From an uncultured Candidatus Saccharibacteria bacterium (lineage in GTDB: Bacteria > Patescibacteriota > Minisyncoccia > Phycocordibacterales > UBA5272): a stretch of 64,000 nt of DNA. The number at the start of each line of letters is the position of its first letter. Position 1 is the stretch's first letter. The stretch covers positions 3,234 to 67,233 of the forward strand of contig CAYXWO010000001.1 in NCBI GenBank assembly GCA_964468825.1, given 5' to 3'. The translations under genes and the position numbers were made by a program. This document shows, one piece after another, positions 62,595 to 64,000 of this stretch. The notes under the pieces are model-generated. The model saw only the letters and a list, made by a program, of their open reading frames with translations. It did not search any database and had not been told where the DNA came from.

Positions 62595-63119
62595 ATGATA
62601 TTAGAGAATCTGTTGCGTAGACTTTCAGCAGTTTCTCTCCTAATGGATCACGCAAGAGCAGCAGGGTTAAGCACTTCACAAAAATCAATATATAACAGAT
62701 CTATTATATATTTATTATGCACTGTCGCCGAAGGTTTTACTTTTGAAGTTGTGAAAGCACACTCAGCTAAAAATTTGCACATCATTGGCACAAAAAAAGA
62801 GTTTGTACAGAAATACTCAGTACCAAAAGGAGTATTAGATGCGACAAGAGACTCTTTTCTTTGTGAAAAAGTTACAACAAAGACTTCTCTCTTTGATAAG
62901 GGTGTTACATTTGGTGAGATGCTTATGTACTTAAAGAATAAAAAAGTATTAGCAGAGCCAGAGTACTTACTTATAGACTGGATTAGAGAGGAAAGAAATA
63001 AAATACACGTCCAAGGACTAACAGAGCCTGATACCGGGTTTACATTCAAGAAAATTAAAAAAATATCAAAAGGTATAAAACTACTGACATCTAAATTAAG
63101 ACTAATTTGGGGAGTTTAA
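62595..63119 (+). CDS. hypothetical protein (174 aa) with possible HEPN-like R-x6-H motif
   Basis: 'IREERNKIH' near the C-terminus. Otherwise unassignable. Confidence 0.4.
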   Translation: MILENLLRRLSAVSLLMDHARAAGLSTSQKSIYNRSIIYLLCTVAEGFTFEVVKAHSAKNLHIIGTKKEFVQKYSVPKGVLDATRDSFLCEKVTTKTSLFDKGVTFGEMLMYLKNKKVLAEPEYLLIDWIREERNKIHVQGLTEPDTGFTFKKIKKISKGIKLLTSKLRLIWGV

Positions 63120-63168
63120 GTTTACCCAAAACCAGACAGACAGCAGAGTAGGGGGGGAAGCCCCTGTT

Positions 63169-63401
63169 GCCTACCTAACTTTGTAGAGAAGAAGTACAAA
63201 GGCCACCCGTCTTCGACCTCGGATGGCCCTGTATTTTAGTTTAGAGTCGAGTCATGATTTTGTATAACAAAATCAGACTGACTACATCTAGTAGTGTCAT
63301 ACTGTTTTCTTGGCAAACACAATGGCAATTTCCAAGACATAGGACAGGTCACAACTCCTGTCCCAGAAATAAGTATACGCTTCTCTACAAAGTTAGGTAG
63401 G
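63169..63401. repeat. pair of 19-22-bp perfect inverted repeats (CCTACCTAACTTTGTAGAG / CTCTACAAAGTTAGGTAGG) flanking ~195 bp: MITE-like element or long-stem structured RNA
   Basis: Exact reverse complements at 63170-63188 and 63383-63401. The interior has a 9-13-bp hairpin (TGATTTTGT-ataa-ACAAAATCA) and GACAGG-tcacaact-CCTGTC. Confidence 0.4.
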
Positions 63402-64000
63402 TATAGAGCTCTTCCGGACTATATAGTCGTAAAAGATATATTGTGCGACATTAAGTATATACAGAAACCCCCTACAATAACCATAGATTTCAAGCGCTTA
63501 AACAATGTCTCTTATGTGTCCGTTAGCTGGCTACACTTCGACACTTGAGAAGTCTTGAGTCTCCCCACACCCTGGTCAAGATTAATCTACGTACTAGATA
63601 TTTACTTTTATTGATCATCTGAAACTCAAGGTTCCGTGTACTTCTTCTACCATAACACATCAAATTGGCCTCAGTACGCCTCCTGGGCCCTTTTAGAGGC
63701 CATAGCATCTCTATATAAGAGAGTGCTGAGTAAGTATCTCTACACGAGTCTACGTAGATCCTTTATTCTATAAAGTATCTAGAGGCTGGCGTAGTTCTTT
63801 GTCAGTTTACTTTTCATTTCTATTCAGTATCTCTTACTTCAACTTCACCTACTTGAATGGCTGCAGTTATCTATTACGAGAGACTGTTAGGTTAATTGAG
63901 TGTTAGCGGTATTAAGTATTCTGATTGGTTTATTCCTCAGAAGGATAAACAGTGTCTCAAAACCTAAATCTGTTAAAGCCTTTTAATATTAAATACTTTT

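Noticed and set aside
1-64000. CRISPR arrays, rRNA genes, group I/II introns
   Set aside because: No regularly spaced direct repeats of 24-48 bp, no rRNA-like conserved stretches, and no intron signatures were seen on either strand.

Overview
This 64-kb window comes from a low-GC (~40%) streamlined bacterium. Gene content looks Patescibacteria/CPR-like or similarly reduced: short AlaRS, AspRS and pyruvate kinase, fused glycolytic enzymes, almost no Shine-Dalgarno sequences, and -10-like hexamers sitting 6-9 nt before many start codons.

Backbone genes, in order:
- partial sensor histidine kinase (minus strand, runs off the window start)
- cysteine desulfurase, a divergent Fe/Mn-SOD-like gene, clpB, tRNA-Tyr, msrA, an AAA_28-like ATPase, rnhB, a HIT protein, a DUF360/holin-4-like membrane protein
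- ychF, an ECF sigma factor with a membrane anti-sigma candidate, a DUF2680-like secreted protein, alaS
- infA-rpmJ-rpsM-rpsK-rpsD-rpoA-rplQ-rplM-rpsI
- a lower-glycolysis cluster: pyk, a D-2-hydroxyacid dehydrogenase::GpmA fusion, eno
- grpE-dnaK-dnaJ, an SSS transporter, an SPFH protein, trpS, aspS, a GH18 hydrolase, scpAB, a D-Ala-D-Ala carboxypeptidase, mraY-ftsW-murG, gltX, an M23 peptidase

The main accessory feature is a ~15-kb integrated element at about 10.5-25.3 kb, inserted at the 5' end of ychF. It carries:
- a large serine recombinase
- an Xis-like HTH
- a Prim-Pol::RepA-like replication protein
- an OmpR-type wHTH regulator
- two paralogous SPP1-G1P-like small-terminase (TerS) HTH genes in inverted orientation bracketing an 8-kb cargo

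There are no capsid, tail, TerL or conjugation genes, so I interpret it as a candidate phage satellite (PICI/PLE-like) or integrative mobilisable element. The cargo includes a Schlafen/AlbA_2-HATPase-HTH ATPase, two small unknown genes, and a 1527-aa protein with three or four tandem ~90-aa N-terminal repeats, an SNF2 helicase, and a class-I SAM methyltransferase. That cargo is my best candidate for an undescribed defence or anti-defence module.

Separately, at least eight short GC-rich (about 50-70% GC) segments sit in intergenic positions. Each looks like a self-contained cassette: consensus sigma70 promoter, strong SD, small ORF or sRNA-like sequence, intrinsic terminator. They are compositionally foreign, so they could be HGT, assembly chimerism or engineered inserts.

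The 3' end of the window (62-64 kb) is AT-rich. It holds a small three-gene module with a HEPN-like protein and ~230 bp bounded by a 19-bp perfect inverted-repeat pair, which looks MITE-like or like a structured RNA.

No CRISPR array or rRNA was seen.
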